From NCBI GenBank assembly GCA_944392565.1, contig CALXWX010000005.1, positions 2,208 through 66,207 on the forward strand: DNA of 64,000 bases, in the 5' to 3' direction. A program made the translations under genes and the position numbers. This DNA is from an uncultured Alphaproteobacteria bacterium (lineage in GTDB: Bacteria > Pseudomonadota > Alphaproteobacteria > Rs-D84). The notes beneath the pieces were generated by a model. The model saw only the letters and a list, made by a program, of their open reading frames with translations, was not told the DNA's origin and did no database searches. Shown here piece by piece: positions 18,331 to 28,517 of this stretch. Position 1 is the first letter of the stretch. Each line of letters starts with the position of its first letter.

Positions 18331-19986
18331 TTACGCGGGAAATTTTTTTAATAAATATTTGTTATTTTGTAAATAAAATATAAACATATCAATAATTTGA
18401 ATTATGCGCCGTAAATCTATATCTGTTTCCTTTATTGCGGAACAAAAATCAGTAATAATATTTGTATTGCGCAATTTTGTATACAAATTAATTTCATCAG
18501 AAATTTTTTCATTATTACAATTGTCATACCAACATGGAAAATTTGTTTCGCTGTCATGTGTTGTCAATGTTTTTAACGGCGGACGCGAAAAATAGCTGAT
18601 ATGAATTCCGCATAATGGTCGAAATTGTTGTGTTTTTTCATTTGGGATTTTATATCCTTTATTTTTCATCAGCATATATAAAATATGTTCATCATTATCT
18701 GATTTTATATTTATATGTCGCATATCTTGTGGATACATTTTATCATATTCTATAAAATGTAACCCAGATAATTTGTATTGTCCAATTCTTTTAATATTTG
18801 AAAAATCTAACTTATTTTCGTCTATATTTTTTATATGTGTTTCGTATATATTGTGTAATATCAATATATCGATATCACCGATATAAATATATTTCGCACG
18901 ATTTTGTGGTTGTGAAATAAATCGTACTGTCCCAGCCGGTATATTTAATAACTTTCTGTTAATTTGCGTAAATTTCACCCGTGTGCCAAAGTTTTTTTGG
19001 TAAAAATCGATTAAATGTTGATATTTTAATTTAAAGTTATGTAGGTTATCTAATGCTATTTCAACAATTGTGTCATTATTTGATGCCATAACCCATATTG
19101 GATACAAAATTGCAAAGTCATAATATTTTTTATTTGCGTATGTATAAACCAGCAAGCGGGGAATGTCGTTTGTACATTCATTCGTTTTTAGTGTTTCATG
19201 CATTTGGACATATTTTTTCATGAAATGCGCCCGATTACGCTTGTTCGGTATAACCCAGCTGATAATTTTCCCGATATAATATGGATATTTAAATTTTTTT
19301 ATTTTATCTTGATTATGACTATCAATATACACAAATGTGAAGTCCCCACATGTTCTATGCATACCTGGAATTGTATACATCGGTGTTATATTTATTCCAT
19401 ATTTCCACGCAACGAAGTCAAAAGATAATTGATCGCGTTTAGAATATTTAGAAATCATATTCCACCATTCATCAGACATCGCAGACATTTTATTATGGTT
19501 CCTAAATAATATCCCCGTTTCATGCAATCCATTGTTTCTGGGGTATTTTTGTGATTGTATAAATTTCATTTCACGATTAACAATTCGTGGCGAATCTATA
19601 CAAAGGCTTTTAACAGCATCTGCTTCGTCATAAATACATTTTCTATTTGGATGTAATGGCACCGCAATATCAATATTTTCATTAATATATTTCTGGCATT
19701 TTTTGAAAATATTTGAATTATTAACAGATATGTTTGCATCAATCCATAAACTGTATTGATATTCTGGAAATAAAATATGTGGATTAACTTTGTGCCATCT
19801 TGCATTACGCACATTATCCAGTTTACTAAATTCTAATTTTCGTATTGTCCAATGGTAATATTTGCCTAATTTAATCAATTCGGCGTTATCGGTAAATAAT
19901 ATATAATCCCATGTTTTATCCAGATATTTATATTCTGGGACATTATCATACCCACCAGTAATGCAAGAATATACAACTTTCTTCAT
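18331..19986 (-). CDS. DUF616-type glycosyltransferase with a second GT-like domain
   Basis: VVYSCITGGYD, SLWIDAN, HPNRKCIYDEA, RDQLSF; DID motif in the C-half; AT-rich. Confidence 0.8.
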   Translation of the reverse strand: MKKVVYSCITGGYDNVPEYKYLDKTWDYILFTDNAELIKLGKYYHWTIRKLEFSKLDNVRNARWHKVNPHILFPEYQYSLWIDANISVNNSNIFKKCQKYINENIDIAVPLHPNRKCIYDEADAVKSLCIDSPRIVNREMKFIQSQKYPRNNGLHETGILFRNHNKMSAMSDEWWNMISKYSKRDQLSFDFVAWKYGINITPMYTIPGMHRTCGDFTFVYIDSHNQDKIKKFKYPYYIGKIISWVIPNKRNRAHFMKKYVQMHETLKTNECTNDIPRLLVYTYANKKYYDFAILYPIWVMASNNDTIVEIALDNLHNFKLKYQHLIDFYQKNFGTRVKFTQINRKLLNIPAGTVRFISQPQNRAKYIYIGDIDILILHNIYETHIKNIDENKLDFSNIKRIGQYKLSGLHFIEYDKMYPQDMRHINIKSDNDEHILYMLMKNKGYKIPNEKTQQFRPLCGIHISYFSRPPLKTLTTHDSETNFPCWYDNCNNEKISDEINLYTKLRNTNIITDFCSAIKETDIDLRRIIQIIDMFIFYLQNNKYLLKKFPA

Positions 19987-19987
19987 A

Positions 19988-20887
19988 TTAATCTTTATAT
20001 CTTAAAAATTTTATTGGAATGATTTTGAATATCCACAGTCTATATTCGCTGCCATCGCGTTTTTGTTCCCACATTAGTGTGGTAATTTTATTAAACAATT
20101 TTAATTTCCAAATTGTTTTATATGGCGATTGATGCAATTCCAGTCGTGTTATATTCGCCATTAATGCCCCCTGTAATTCAGGTGGCGTAATTTTCATCAG
20201 CGTTTTTATTTTAGGAATATTGCAAACGCCTTGCTTTTTAATAAAAGGGATACTGCGAATATAACCATCATAATATAATTTTAGTCCACATATTTTAGGT
20301 TCAACGCGTCCCAATTTGATATTATGCCCCATTAATAATTGTGATAATCCAATTTCATATTTCCATACGATTTGGTTTTTTGATTCTTGATGCGTTACGC
20401 TGTGCATGAAATTTGAAAACCATGGTTGCTGGGTAATTGGTGCAGCAATACCAACAAACCATGATTGAACATGGTCTGGGTATCCATATTGTTCATTAAC
20501 TGTGCTGTGTAATCCCATCATACCAAATGCATTACCGGCATTTTCGCGTTCCATCCGTTCCAGTATTGGTTTCAGATTAAACAATGGTCCAAACACAGAA
20601 TCATTTACCAAATAAATAAATTTATAATCTTTTAACAGATTATTTTTTTCAGCATATTCATATCCGCGTTTATATGAACCGAAATCATATTCGCCATGGC
20701 GCGATGCAGTTGCACTGATGACATTTGGAATTTTTTTTACTTTATCCAGTTCTGTGGATGAAATATCGTTATCCATTGTAAAAATTATATCGCCCAATTC
20801 AGACAGTGCGCGCAAATAATACAATAATGTTTCATCTATAATTCCATCGCGGTCATATGATGCAAATATAAACAGCCTGTTTTTCAT
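19988..20887 (-). CDS. rhamnan synthesis F (RgpF)-like protein
   Basis: FASYDRDGII, YDFGSYK, VNDSVFGPL, HVQSWF, YEIGLS. Confidence 0.85.
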   Translation of the reverse strand: MKNRLFIFASYDRDGIIDETLLYYLRALSELGDIIFTMDNDISSTELDKVKKIPNVISATASRHGEYDFGSYKRGYEYAEKNNLLKDYKFIYLVNDSVFGPLFNLKPILERMERENAGNAFGMMGLHSTVNEQYGYPDHVQSWFVGIAAPITQQPWFSNFMHSVTHQESKNQIVWKYEIGLSQLLMGHNIKLGRVEPKICGLKLYYDGYIRSIPFIKKQGVCNIPKIKTLMKITPPELQGALMANITRLELHQSPYKTIWKLKLFNKITTLMWEQKRDGSEYRLWIFKIIPIKFLRYKD

Positions 20888-21014
20888 AAATATAACCCTT
20901 TTTAATTTTGTATGGGTGGATGTTCAAACAATCAGAAAACAGATTTCCAATCCCGTGCGTTTTGGGTATGGCGCACGCATCCACCCGTGTGGGAATAAAT
21001 TCGGACGCATATGG

Positions 21015-21235
21015 AAAAAAGAAAACCGCCTGAATTTTATTGGCGGTCGGGATGTTAGAACAATCATCAAGTTAATGACCCCATTGGCTTTTGGTTTTCA
21101 CCTGTTGTATAACCAACGGCAACCCGACCTGGTACATATGTCGGGAAACAGTGCAATCGCACCGTTTTTTACGGTGCGCTGCACCGACCTTGAAGGGATG
21201 TTCTAAGTCCCGAATTCCAATTCCCATTGAAATCC
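21015..21235 (-). ncRNA. candidate structured RNA or leader (multi-branch, terminator-ended)
   Basis: TTTACA-N17-TAAGAT promoter; closing stem, three hairpins, accgcc/ggcggt terminator. Confidence 0.5.
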
Positions 21236-21288
21236 GGTTTTATCTTAATTCAGGGCATTTAAAATGTAAAGTGAAAAAACATTTGATA

Positions 21289-22077
21289 TTAAAATGCGTA
21301 TGGTTTTGCCTGGAAATTTTCACGGGCTTGTTGGACATTCTTTGCCATATCTGACGCATTCAACCCATTATCCACCAAATCCAGCGATCCATAATATGCC
21401 GTCATCATCGGGTCATATGCATTATTTGTTGAAATCCATTTATCAGTCCCAGAATTCGGCGCACCATATTTGTCCAAGACACCCTGCCAGAATGCCAGAA
21501 TCTTTTTTTCACGCTGGTCGGCAAATTTTTCATGATCGCCTTCGATTTCATTAACATCGTTATTGTACAGCACACGCCATACAACATTATCGCTGGCGTT
21601 GCTGGTAAAATACACAACGATTGTTTCACCAGTATTTTCCCGCACCAGGTGCAATTCCGCCGCATACAACAGTCCCCGATCCCGCGCCAATGTTTTTACG
21701 CATTGATCCAATTCGGCGGGGGCATATATTCCCTGTTGCCGACATTCATAATCCAGGTTATATTTCCAATCTTTTTGAATAGAATAAATTATGCTGTTTT
21801 CACGACGCGGGCTGTACAACCCCTTGGTTTTAAAGAACAATGTTTCCACATCGTCATATGACATCCCCAACATTATTCCGGCAATATCGAAATTATTAAC
21901 CGTAATTGGTTGGGCGCCGGAATTCAGACTGACCGATGCCGCATTTAAATCAGTATCCCCACTTTCTGTTATTGTGAAATTATCGAAAGCAAAATCATCT
22001 GTGGCGGCGCGGATTGGCATGACAATCGCCATTGAAAATAATACCGGTAAAAAATATATTCCAATACGCATTATCAC
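21289..22077 (-). CDS. exported protein in the virB8 operon
   Basis: Signal peptide; overlaps the upstream stop. Confidence 0.7.
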   Translation of the reverse strand: MIMRIGIYFLPVLFSMAIVMPIRAATDDFAFDNFTITESGDTDLNAASVSLNSGAQPITVNNFDIAGIMLGMSYDDVETLFFKTKGLYSPRRENSIIYSIQKDWKYNLDYECRQQGIYAPAELDQCVKTLARDRGLLYAAELHLVRENTGETIVVYFTSNASDNVVWRVLYNNDVNEIEGDHEKFADQREKKILAFWQGVLDKYGAPNSGTDKWISTNNAYDPMMTAYYGSLDLVDNGLNASDMAKNVQQARENFQAKPYAF

Positions 22078-22721
22078 AGTCCTTGGATTTCAGTTACAGT
22101 GAATTGAAATACGGCCGCCGGGTCGCCGCCATCTTCCAGATAATCGTGCAATTCATTTATGTCAATATTTGGTCCCTGGCGCATGGTGGGCGCATATTCT
22201 ATTTTCATATACATCGTACCACGATTAACCACCGGTGCGGCATTAAAATCATTTGGTTCTGCCCATGTTGTCAATTCATAGTTCACAACCCAATAATCAC
22301 TGCCACTGGGTTTAAAGATTTTGTCAATTACACGCGCGGTTCGCATTGATTTATCATCTGCCAGTTTTTGAATATTTTGTGCCTCGCCCTGGGTCCAATT
22401 ATTAAACACATCTGGCGATGACATCCGCGCCAATGTGCTTTGACTGCTGGTGCGTTGCGCGATATTTTCTGGATCCGGCGCGGCATAAAAATATTCTGTT
22501 ATATATTTGCGTACCAACAATTCCAAGAATTCACTGTCCCCAATATCCGCCGCGGTCAGTGGTACCCCCGGTCGCCGTTCAGATATATTATTTGGCTGGA
22601 AAAAATAAGGTTTGATAACCTGGGCGCGTCCTGCATCAAATATTGCACCCGTTAAATACAATGCCGCCCCGCACAGCGCCAGTAATATTATACCTGCAAA
22701 AAATCCAACCAGTTTTTTCAT
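22074..22721 (-). CDS. VirB8-like T4SS protein (copy 2)
   Basis: N-terminal TM, LVRKYITEY, MSSPDVFNNW, FQFTVTE C-terminus. Confidence 0.6.
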   Translation of the reverse strand: MKKLVGFFAGIILLALCGAALYLTGAIFDAGRAQVIKPYFFQPNNISERRPGVPLTAADIGDSEFLELLVRKYITEYFYAAPDPENIAQRTSSQSTLARMSSPDVFNNWTQGEAQNIQKLADDKSMRTARVIDKIFKPSGSDYWVVNYELTTWAEPNDFNAAPVVNRGTMYMKIEYAPTMRQGPNIDINELHDYLEDGGDPAAVFQFTVTEIQGL

Positions 22722-23428
22722 CAGTTTATCTTGTATGCATTAAAATCCGCCACATAAAACCCCAGTGTTTGTGAATATTTATCATTGTTTCGTGCAATTT
22801 TTACAAATGCCACAATATTTATATCGCCACTGATATTTGATTGAATTGTCGCCGTCATCCGCCATGTTCCACCATTGGTGGTTATCTTACCCGCCGGTTC
22901 CAGTTGAATTTCTGATTTATCAACAATCCATCTTTCGCCATTTTCCACCCGCATTTGATAGTCTGGGATAACATCATACACGAACCTGGAAAACAAGTCT
23001 TCGCCACTGAGGCAATATAATTCGCATGTTTTATCGCCATATGGGCGTGTATTATTTTCACCACAGTCTGCACCGCGTTCACATGTTTTCCATATGCGAT
23101 TATTTTCGTCCGCATCCCCGGATATTAAAAACCAATCTGCAACAAAATTTCCAATAACAGATTCTTGGATTGATTCCAGCGCCGAATATTCAATTGGACC
23201 ATTTTCATGTGAATGCCCAACAACCATCCATTGCCCGGTCAGATTATCGATTGATACAATAAATGGATCAATGCGTTGTGATCGCGCCCCCCACAGAACC
23301 AGTCCACACATAAATATTACCAGCAAAAACATCACGCACGATGCAATTGCCATAAATCGCGCCAGGGCAACAGATTTGCCCGCCGGAAATGCCGGCGTAT
23401 CAAAATTACTTGGATATTCCCGCGACAT
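22721..23428 (-). CDS. VirB8-like T4SS protein (copy 1)
   Basis: TM then RIDPFIVSIDNLTG; C-terminal LGFYVADF (NPLGF.V..Y variant). Confidence 0.7.
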   Translation of the reverse strand: MSREYPSNFDTPAFPAGKSVALARFMAIASCVMFLLVIFMCGLVLWGARSQRIDPFIVSIDNLTGQWMVVGHSHENGPIEYSALESIQESVIGNFVADWFLISGDADENNRIWKTCERGADCGENNTRPYGDKTCELYCLSGEDLFSRFVYDVIPDYQMRVENGERWIVDKSEIQLEPAGKITTNGGTWRMTATIQSNISGDINIVAFVKIARNNDKYSQTLGFYVADFNAYKIN

Positions 23429-23457
23429 TGTCCCCCAATGTTTTTATATGATGGTTA

Positions 23458-23604
23458 TTATGCCTGGAAAACCATGATGCATGCGCACGGGCTTAATTTC
23501 AATTCGTTATTGTCGTATCCGACACCCACCGGTTCACGGTCATACACCTGACCACATCCCGCCAATGCCAATGCAACAAATAATCCCAATATAACCTTTT
23601 TCAT
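23458..23604 (-). CDS. VirB7-like small lipoprotein (48 aa, missed by the ORF track)
   Basis: MKKVILGLFVALALAGCGQVYDREPVGVGYDNNELKLSPCACIMVFQA; LAGC lipobox, SPC motif, upstream of virB8. Confidence 0.65.
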   Translation of the reverse strand: MKKVILGLFVALALAGCGQVYDREPVGVGYDNNELKLSPCACIMVFQA

Positions 23605-23699
23605 TGCTTTCCCCCTTGATAGTTGAATTATAAGAAAATTTCGCGTAATGCGTCAAGCGTAAAAGAAAATATTGCGGGTTTCCCGCAATATTTTTATAT

Positions 23700-25970
23700 T
23701 TAAAATTGTGTTTCGAATGATAACAAGAAACGCTGTTCGCGATCATACTTGTTCATTTTCAATGGCCACCCCCAACTGAAATTCATTGGTCCCATTGGCG
23801 TGTTCCAGTAAATACCAACACCAACTGATGTACGCAAATCGCTGTCGATATAATTTGCACGACCATAGTATGTATATTCTTCTTTTGGTGGTTTGCCCAG
23901 TATACCATAATCAAAGAATACAAAACCCTTTATCTGGTATTCATCTGGGATAAATATTGGGAAATTCAATTGGGTTGAACCATTTAATTTCCACAGCCCA
24001 CCCAACGAATATGTTGTATATGCCCAATTTCGTGAACCAACACCCGCAATATCAAATCCGCGCAGTGATTCACCGCCCAAGAAATAACGGTATACACGGG
24101 AAATATAGTCCCCACCAATCGGCTGCAACGCGCCAAATTCCAACGATGAACGCAATTGCCAGCGATCGTCCCAGAATTTAATCATACCTGTAATATCCGC
24201 ACTGTACCGCATGTATGATTCTGTCCCACCAAATCCAGTATATGCAACACCGATATTGCCAACAACCCCCGTGTGCGTATTTTGTTCAAAATTCGTATCC
24301 AGATTGTAATACCGCAGATATGTTCCCAATGTATACAGGTTTGCATCACGCCAACCTGTTTCAGATTGAATATCATAATTCTGGTCAAATGATGCGGACA
24401 GACGCACAGTCTGGGACCAATGATCTGTTAATTTCCAACCCATACGCCCCGCCACAGTCAAAGAATCGCGGTCATAACCAAAACCGCCCAGCGACGAATA
24501 ATCATACATCGTATACGATACATCAAACCCCGCAGACAGTTGACGCCCAAATAAATATGGTTCGGTAAAGCTGAATAATGCTTGCTTTTGATATTGTGCG
24601 ATTGACCCACGCAGTTGGACAATCTGACCGCGACCCATAAAGTTGCTTTCTGTGATTCCAGCATCAACCATAAAACCATTGATGTTTGACCAGCCAAAGC
24701 CCCCAGATAATTCGCCCGTCGGTTGTTCTTCGACCTGGATATCCAGATTAATCATATTGGCATCAGCAATACGATTTGGAACCATCTGAACATCTTTGAA
24801 ATAACGTGTCCGCATCAGGTTCTGTCGACCTTCTTCAATTGTTTGTAACGAAAACGGGTCGCCTGAACGCATTGGAATTAATTGTTCAATCACAGAATCA
24901 AATGTTCGAACATTACCCAATATATTAATATTATTCAGATATATACGATTTGTTTTTTGAATTTTGAACACCATATCAATTGTTTTGGTGTCATCATTCT
25001 TGGTTGGAATTGGTTCGACATTGATAAATGCATATCCATGATCAGCCACCGCCCCGCGCAGCTTTGATATTGTTTCATCAACTAAATCAATATTATATAC
25101 ATCGCCATCGTCAAATGCCACAACATCATACAGTTCGCTATCCGGAACATCTGGGAATGGGTTTTCGATTTTTATTTTCCCAAATTCATACTTTTCCCCT
25201 TCGTCCACGGTAAATGTTACAGAATAATATTGACGATCTGGGGTAAATACGCCATTCGCATCGGTTACCTGGATATCAACATAACCATTGCGCATATAGA
25301 ATTGCCGTATCATTTGCTGGTCATACATTATGCGGTCTTCGTCAAAGACATCAAATTGCGTCATAAAACGCCACCACGCATGTTCGCGTGATAATATTTC
25401 GCCACGCAATGTCCGGTCGCTAAAAACCTTGTTCCCTTCGAAATTGATATCAGTAATATATGTCGGATGCCCTTCGGTAATTTCATATACAACATTAACC
25501 CGATTATCCCCCAGATCAATTTTCTTTGGTTCAATCTTTGTACCAAAAAATCCATTGCGCTGGTATATGGTCAACATTCTTTGCACATCGGCACCAATAA
25601 CAGATTCATCATATGATGAACGGGCTTTTAATCGCAATTCTTTTTTCAAATCATCTGTATCAACTTCGTCATTCCCCTCAATCGTGACCATATTGACGGT
25701 TGGCGCCTCTGTAATATTTATTTTTAATACATTACCCGACATACGCACACTGACGCTGGAAAAATATCCACTTTCTTGCAGTTTTTTTGCAATCTGATTT
25801 GCGCGTTCTGCGCCCACATTATCGCCAACCTTTACATCCGACAGAATGCGAACAGATTCCGCATCCATGCGCTTGTTCCCACTGACATCAATGCGCGCCA
25901 CCGTCGCCGCGTTTGCGCTTTGCGCCGCGATAATCACAGCCGTCGCCAAAAATATTTTTTTTCTATTCAT
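23700..25970 (-). CDS. bamA: outer membrane protein assembly factor BamA
   Basis: POTRA repeats, LGGESLRGF, WNTPMGP, terminal Phe. Confidence 0.95.
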   Translation of the reverse strand: MNRKKIFLATAVIIAAQSANAATVARIDVSGNKRMDAESVRILSDVKVGDNVGAERANQIAKKLQESGYFSSVSVRMSGNVLKINITEAPTVNMVTIEGNDEVDTDDLKKELRLKARSSYDESVIGADVQRMLTIYQRNGFFGTKIEPKKIDLGDNRVNVVYEITEGHPTYITDINFEGNKVFSDRTLRGEILSREHAWWRFMTQFDVFDEDRIMYDQQMIRQFYMRNGYVDIQVTDANGVFTPDRQYYSVTFTVDEGEKYEFGKIKIENPFPDVPDSELYDVVAFDDGDVYNIDLVDETISKLRGAVADHGYAFINVEPIPTKNDDTKTIDMVFKIQKTNRIYLNNINILGNVRTFDSVIEQLIPMRSGDPFSLQTIEEGRQNLMRTRYFKDVQMVPNRIADANMINLDIQVEEQPTGELSGGFGWSNINGFMVDAGITESNFMGRGQIVQLRGSIAQYQKQALFSFTEPYLFGRQLSAGFDVSYTMYDYSSLGGFGYDRDSLTVAGRMGWKLTDHWSQTVRLSASFDQNYDIQSETGWRDANLYTLGTYLRYYNLDTNFEQNTHTGVVGNIGVAYTGFGGTESYMRYSADITGMIKFWDDRWQLRSSLEFGALQPIGGDYISRVYRYFLGGESLRGFDIAGVGSRNWAYTTYSLGGLWKLNGSTQLNFPIFIPDEYQIKGFVFFDYGILGKPPKEEYTYYGRANYIDSDLRTSVGVGIYWNTPMGPMNFSWGWPLKMNKYDREQRFLLSFETQF

Positions 25971-25971
25971 G

Positions 25972-27030
25972 TTAATTCAATCCAAATACGCGTGCCAAAT
26001 CATTCCACATGGTCAATGCAAACAGCGCAATTATAAACAGCCATCCCACAATAATTGCGATTTCCATTCCGCGCCCCCCCAGCTTGCGGCGTGTGATACC
26101 TTCGATTATTAATATCAGCAAATATCCCCCATCCAGCACGGGCAGCGGTAATAAATTTATCACCGCCAGATTAACAGACAACAGTGCAATTATTGCCAAC
26201 AGCGCCCATAATCCCATTGCCAACGCCTGACCAGAAACCTCTGCAATTGTTATAAATGATCCCAATTGTTTTGATGATCGTTCGCCTGTTACAATTTGTT
26301 TTAGCACAACCAATAAAGTTTTTGATTGATAATATGTTTCGCGCGCGCCGGCATATAATCCGTCAAAAAAGCCCTTTTTGCGTAATTCTGTTTTACTGCC
26401 ATCGGCAATCAATCCCCACCGTTCCGCAGGTGATAATTGCACGCGTACCAAATCCGTTCCACGCAATAATAATACATCTGCATCATGGGTCGATGCCAGT
26501 TCTTTGGCGATTATCAATTCGCCCCAATTAGTAATTTTTTCATCATCAATTTGCATGACAACATCACCCGGTTTAACACCGGCATTAAATGCAACAGATT
26601 CCTGGATAACCTGACCAACAACGGGCAATTGAACTTCGCGGGGGCGCGCCATAAACATCGCCGAATATATCACCCACGCCAGCAAGAAATTCATCGCAAC
26701 CCCGGCGGCAATGATAATAAATTGTTTCCACGCAGGTACCGATAAATAATGTCCCTTTTTCTTTTCGGCATCCATTGCGGCATACTTTTTCCGATCGAAC
26801 ATATCTTCTTGCCCATATATGGACACATATCCCCCCAGGGGCAGGCATGCAATTTTCCATTCTGTGCCGTGTTTATCGTGCCATTTAACAATTGCGGGGC
26901 CAAAACCAATTGAAAAAGTGTTTACGCGTACACCCGCCCAACGCGCCGCCAAAAAATGCCCCAGTTCATGCACAAAAACCACAATCCCCAGAACAATTAA
27001 TAATGCAATAACGGCTAAAACAATCTGCAT
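25972..27030 (-). CDS. rseP: site-2 protease RseP
   Basis: HELGH, PLGGYV, PDZ domain, NLLPLPVLDGG. Confidence 0.95.
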   Translation of the reverse strand: MQIVLAVIALLIVLGIVVFVHELGHFLAARWAGVRVNTFSIGFGPAIVKWHDKHGTEWKIACLPLGGYVSIYGQEDMFDRKKYAAMDAEKKKGHYLSVPAWKQFIIIAAGVAMNFLLAWVIYSAMFMARPREVQLPVVGQVIQESVAFNAGVKPGDVVMQIDDEKITNWGELIIAKELASTHDADVLLLRGTDLVRVQLSPAERWGLIADGSKTELRKKGFFDGLYAGARETYYQSKTLLVVLKQIVTGERSSKQLGSFITIAEVSGQALAMGLWALLAIIALLSVNLAVINLLPLPVLDGGYLLILIIEGITRRKLGGRGMEIAIIVGWLFIIALFALTMWNDLARVFGLN

Positions 27031-27057
27031 GACAAAAAATCCTTTGACCCAATTATA

Positions 27058-27702
27058 TTACAGCATAACCAACCATATCAGTGGCAAAACATAAATCCAT
27101 CCATCAAATCTGTCCAGCATTCCACCATGCCCCGGCAATATGCGACCAAAATCTTTCAGTCCCATTTTACGCTTTACCCAACTGGCGGTTAAATCACCAT
27201 ATTGACTCAACAGTGATACACTGATACCAATCCACATCAGTTGTGGCATAAACATATCTGTCCCCAATAAACCGTACATCACGGATGCGAATGTTCCACA
27301 TAATATGCCGGCAATTTGTCCCGCCCATGTTTTTGATGGTGAAATGCGTTCCCACATTTTGTCGCCACCAATTAAACGACCAAATAACCACGCCCCAATA
27401 TCTGCGGCGCATATTGTTAATAACAGCAACAGCATAATCCACGGACGTGTTCCGACATGATTAACCGCCCCCAGCATTATGATTAATAATGCTAAAAACG
27501 CCCCAAAAGAATACCAGTTTTTCTTTAATACATCACGCGGTGTGCGGGTCATACAGATAATCATTTCTGCAATCATCATTGCAACGACAAAGATTCCCAG
27601 ATATCTTACCGCATTAAAACCATAATATTCCCCGATTCCGGCGGCAATTACAACCAGACCCATAATTACGCCAACCAGAACGCGTTTTGCTGTATTTGAC
27701 AT
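27058..27702 (-). CDS. cdsA: phosphatidate cytidylyltransferase
   Basis: ISPSKTW, GDLTAS.VKR..G.KD.G.ILPGHGG.LDRFD. Confidence 0.95.
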   Translation of the reverse strand: MSNTAKRVLVGVIMGLVVIAAGIGEYYGFNAVRYLGIFVVAMMIAEMIICMTRTPRDVLKKNWYSFGAFLALLIIMLGAVNHVGTRPWIMLLLLLTICAADIGAWLFGRLIGGDKMWERISPSKTWAGQIAGILCGTFASVMYGLLGTDMFMPQLMWIGISVSLLSQYGDLTASWVKRKMGLKDFGRILPGHGGMLDRFDGWIYVLPLIWLVML

Positions 27703-27711
27703 TATTTGACC

Positions 27712-28482
27712 CTATTTTTGTTTTGCTTTACCTGAATAATCTGCTTTTTTCCCGCCACCAAACCGGCGATTGCGTTTTGCATATTCATCCAGTGTATATT
27801 GCCACATTTTTTCATCGCGCACTAAATCCGGCCAGTGTTCTGGCACAAATAACAGTTCTGCATACGCCAATTTCCACAACAAGAAATTAGAAATTCTGAA
27901 TTCATTACTGGTACGAACCATTAAATCAATTGGTAATAATTCCCCGGTGTCCAAAAATGTTTCGAATGTTTCTTTGTCAACTGGTTCGCCTGCGGCAATT
28001 GCTGCATTAACCGCGGCAACAATTTCATCTTGCCCGCCGTAATTCAGTGCAAACACAACCGTTCCCGCCGTTCCATCTGCGGATTTCTCTTCCAGTTCAT
28101 CGCACTTTCGTGCCAGTTTCGCCGGCAATCTGTCGCGTGAGCCAATTACACGATAACGCAGATTTTTTTCCAGCGCATGCTTCATATTTTTATCCAGTTC
28201 CGTATAGAACAGATTCATCAAGAAATCCACTTCTTCCTGGGACCGGTTCCAGTTTTCCGTTGAAAACAGAAAGAATGTTATTGTTGTTACCCCGCGCGCA
28301 ATGAACCAATCAACCAGGTTTTCAAAATTTGCAATTCCTGCCTGGTGTCCTGCCAACGGGGGCAGACCGCGTGCTTCTGCCCAGCGGCGATTGCCATCAC
28401 ATATAAATGCAATATGCCGCGGCACTTTTTTTGTCGTGTCAATTGGCGCGATGCTTTTTTTCTTTTTGAACAGTTTTAACAT
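27712..28482 (-). CDS. uppS: undecaprenyl diphosphate synthase
   Basis: HIAFICDGNRRWA, FSTENWNR, NYGG, RTS.E.RISNFLLW. Confidence 0.95.
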   Translation of the reverse strand: MLKLFKKKKSIAPIDTTKKVPRHIAFICDGNRRWAEARGLPPLAGHQAGIANFENLVDWFIARGVTTITFFLFSTENWNRSQEEVDFLMNLFYTELDKNMKHALEKNLRYRVIGSRDRLPAKLARKCDELEEKSADGTAGTVVFALNYGGQDEIVAAVNAAIAAGEPVDKETFETFLDTGELLPIDLMVRTSNEFRISNFLLWKLAYAELLFVPEHWPDLVRDEKMWQYTLDEYAKRNRRFGGGKKADYSGKAKQK

Positions 28483-28517
28483 TATTTTATCCAATGTTTT
28501 GCAAAATTAATATTGGG

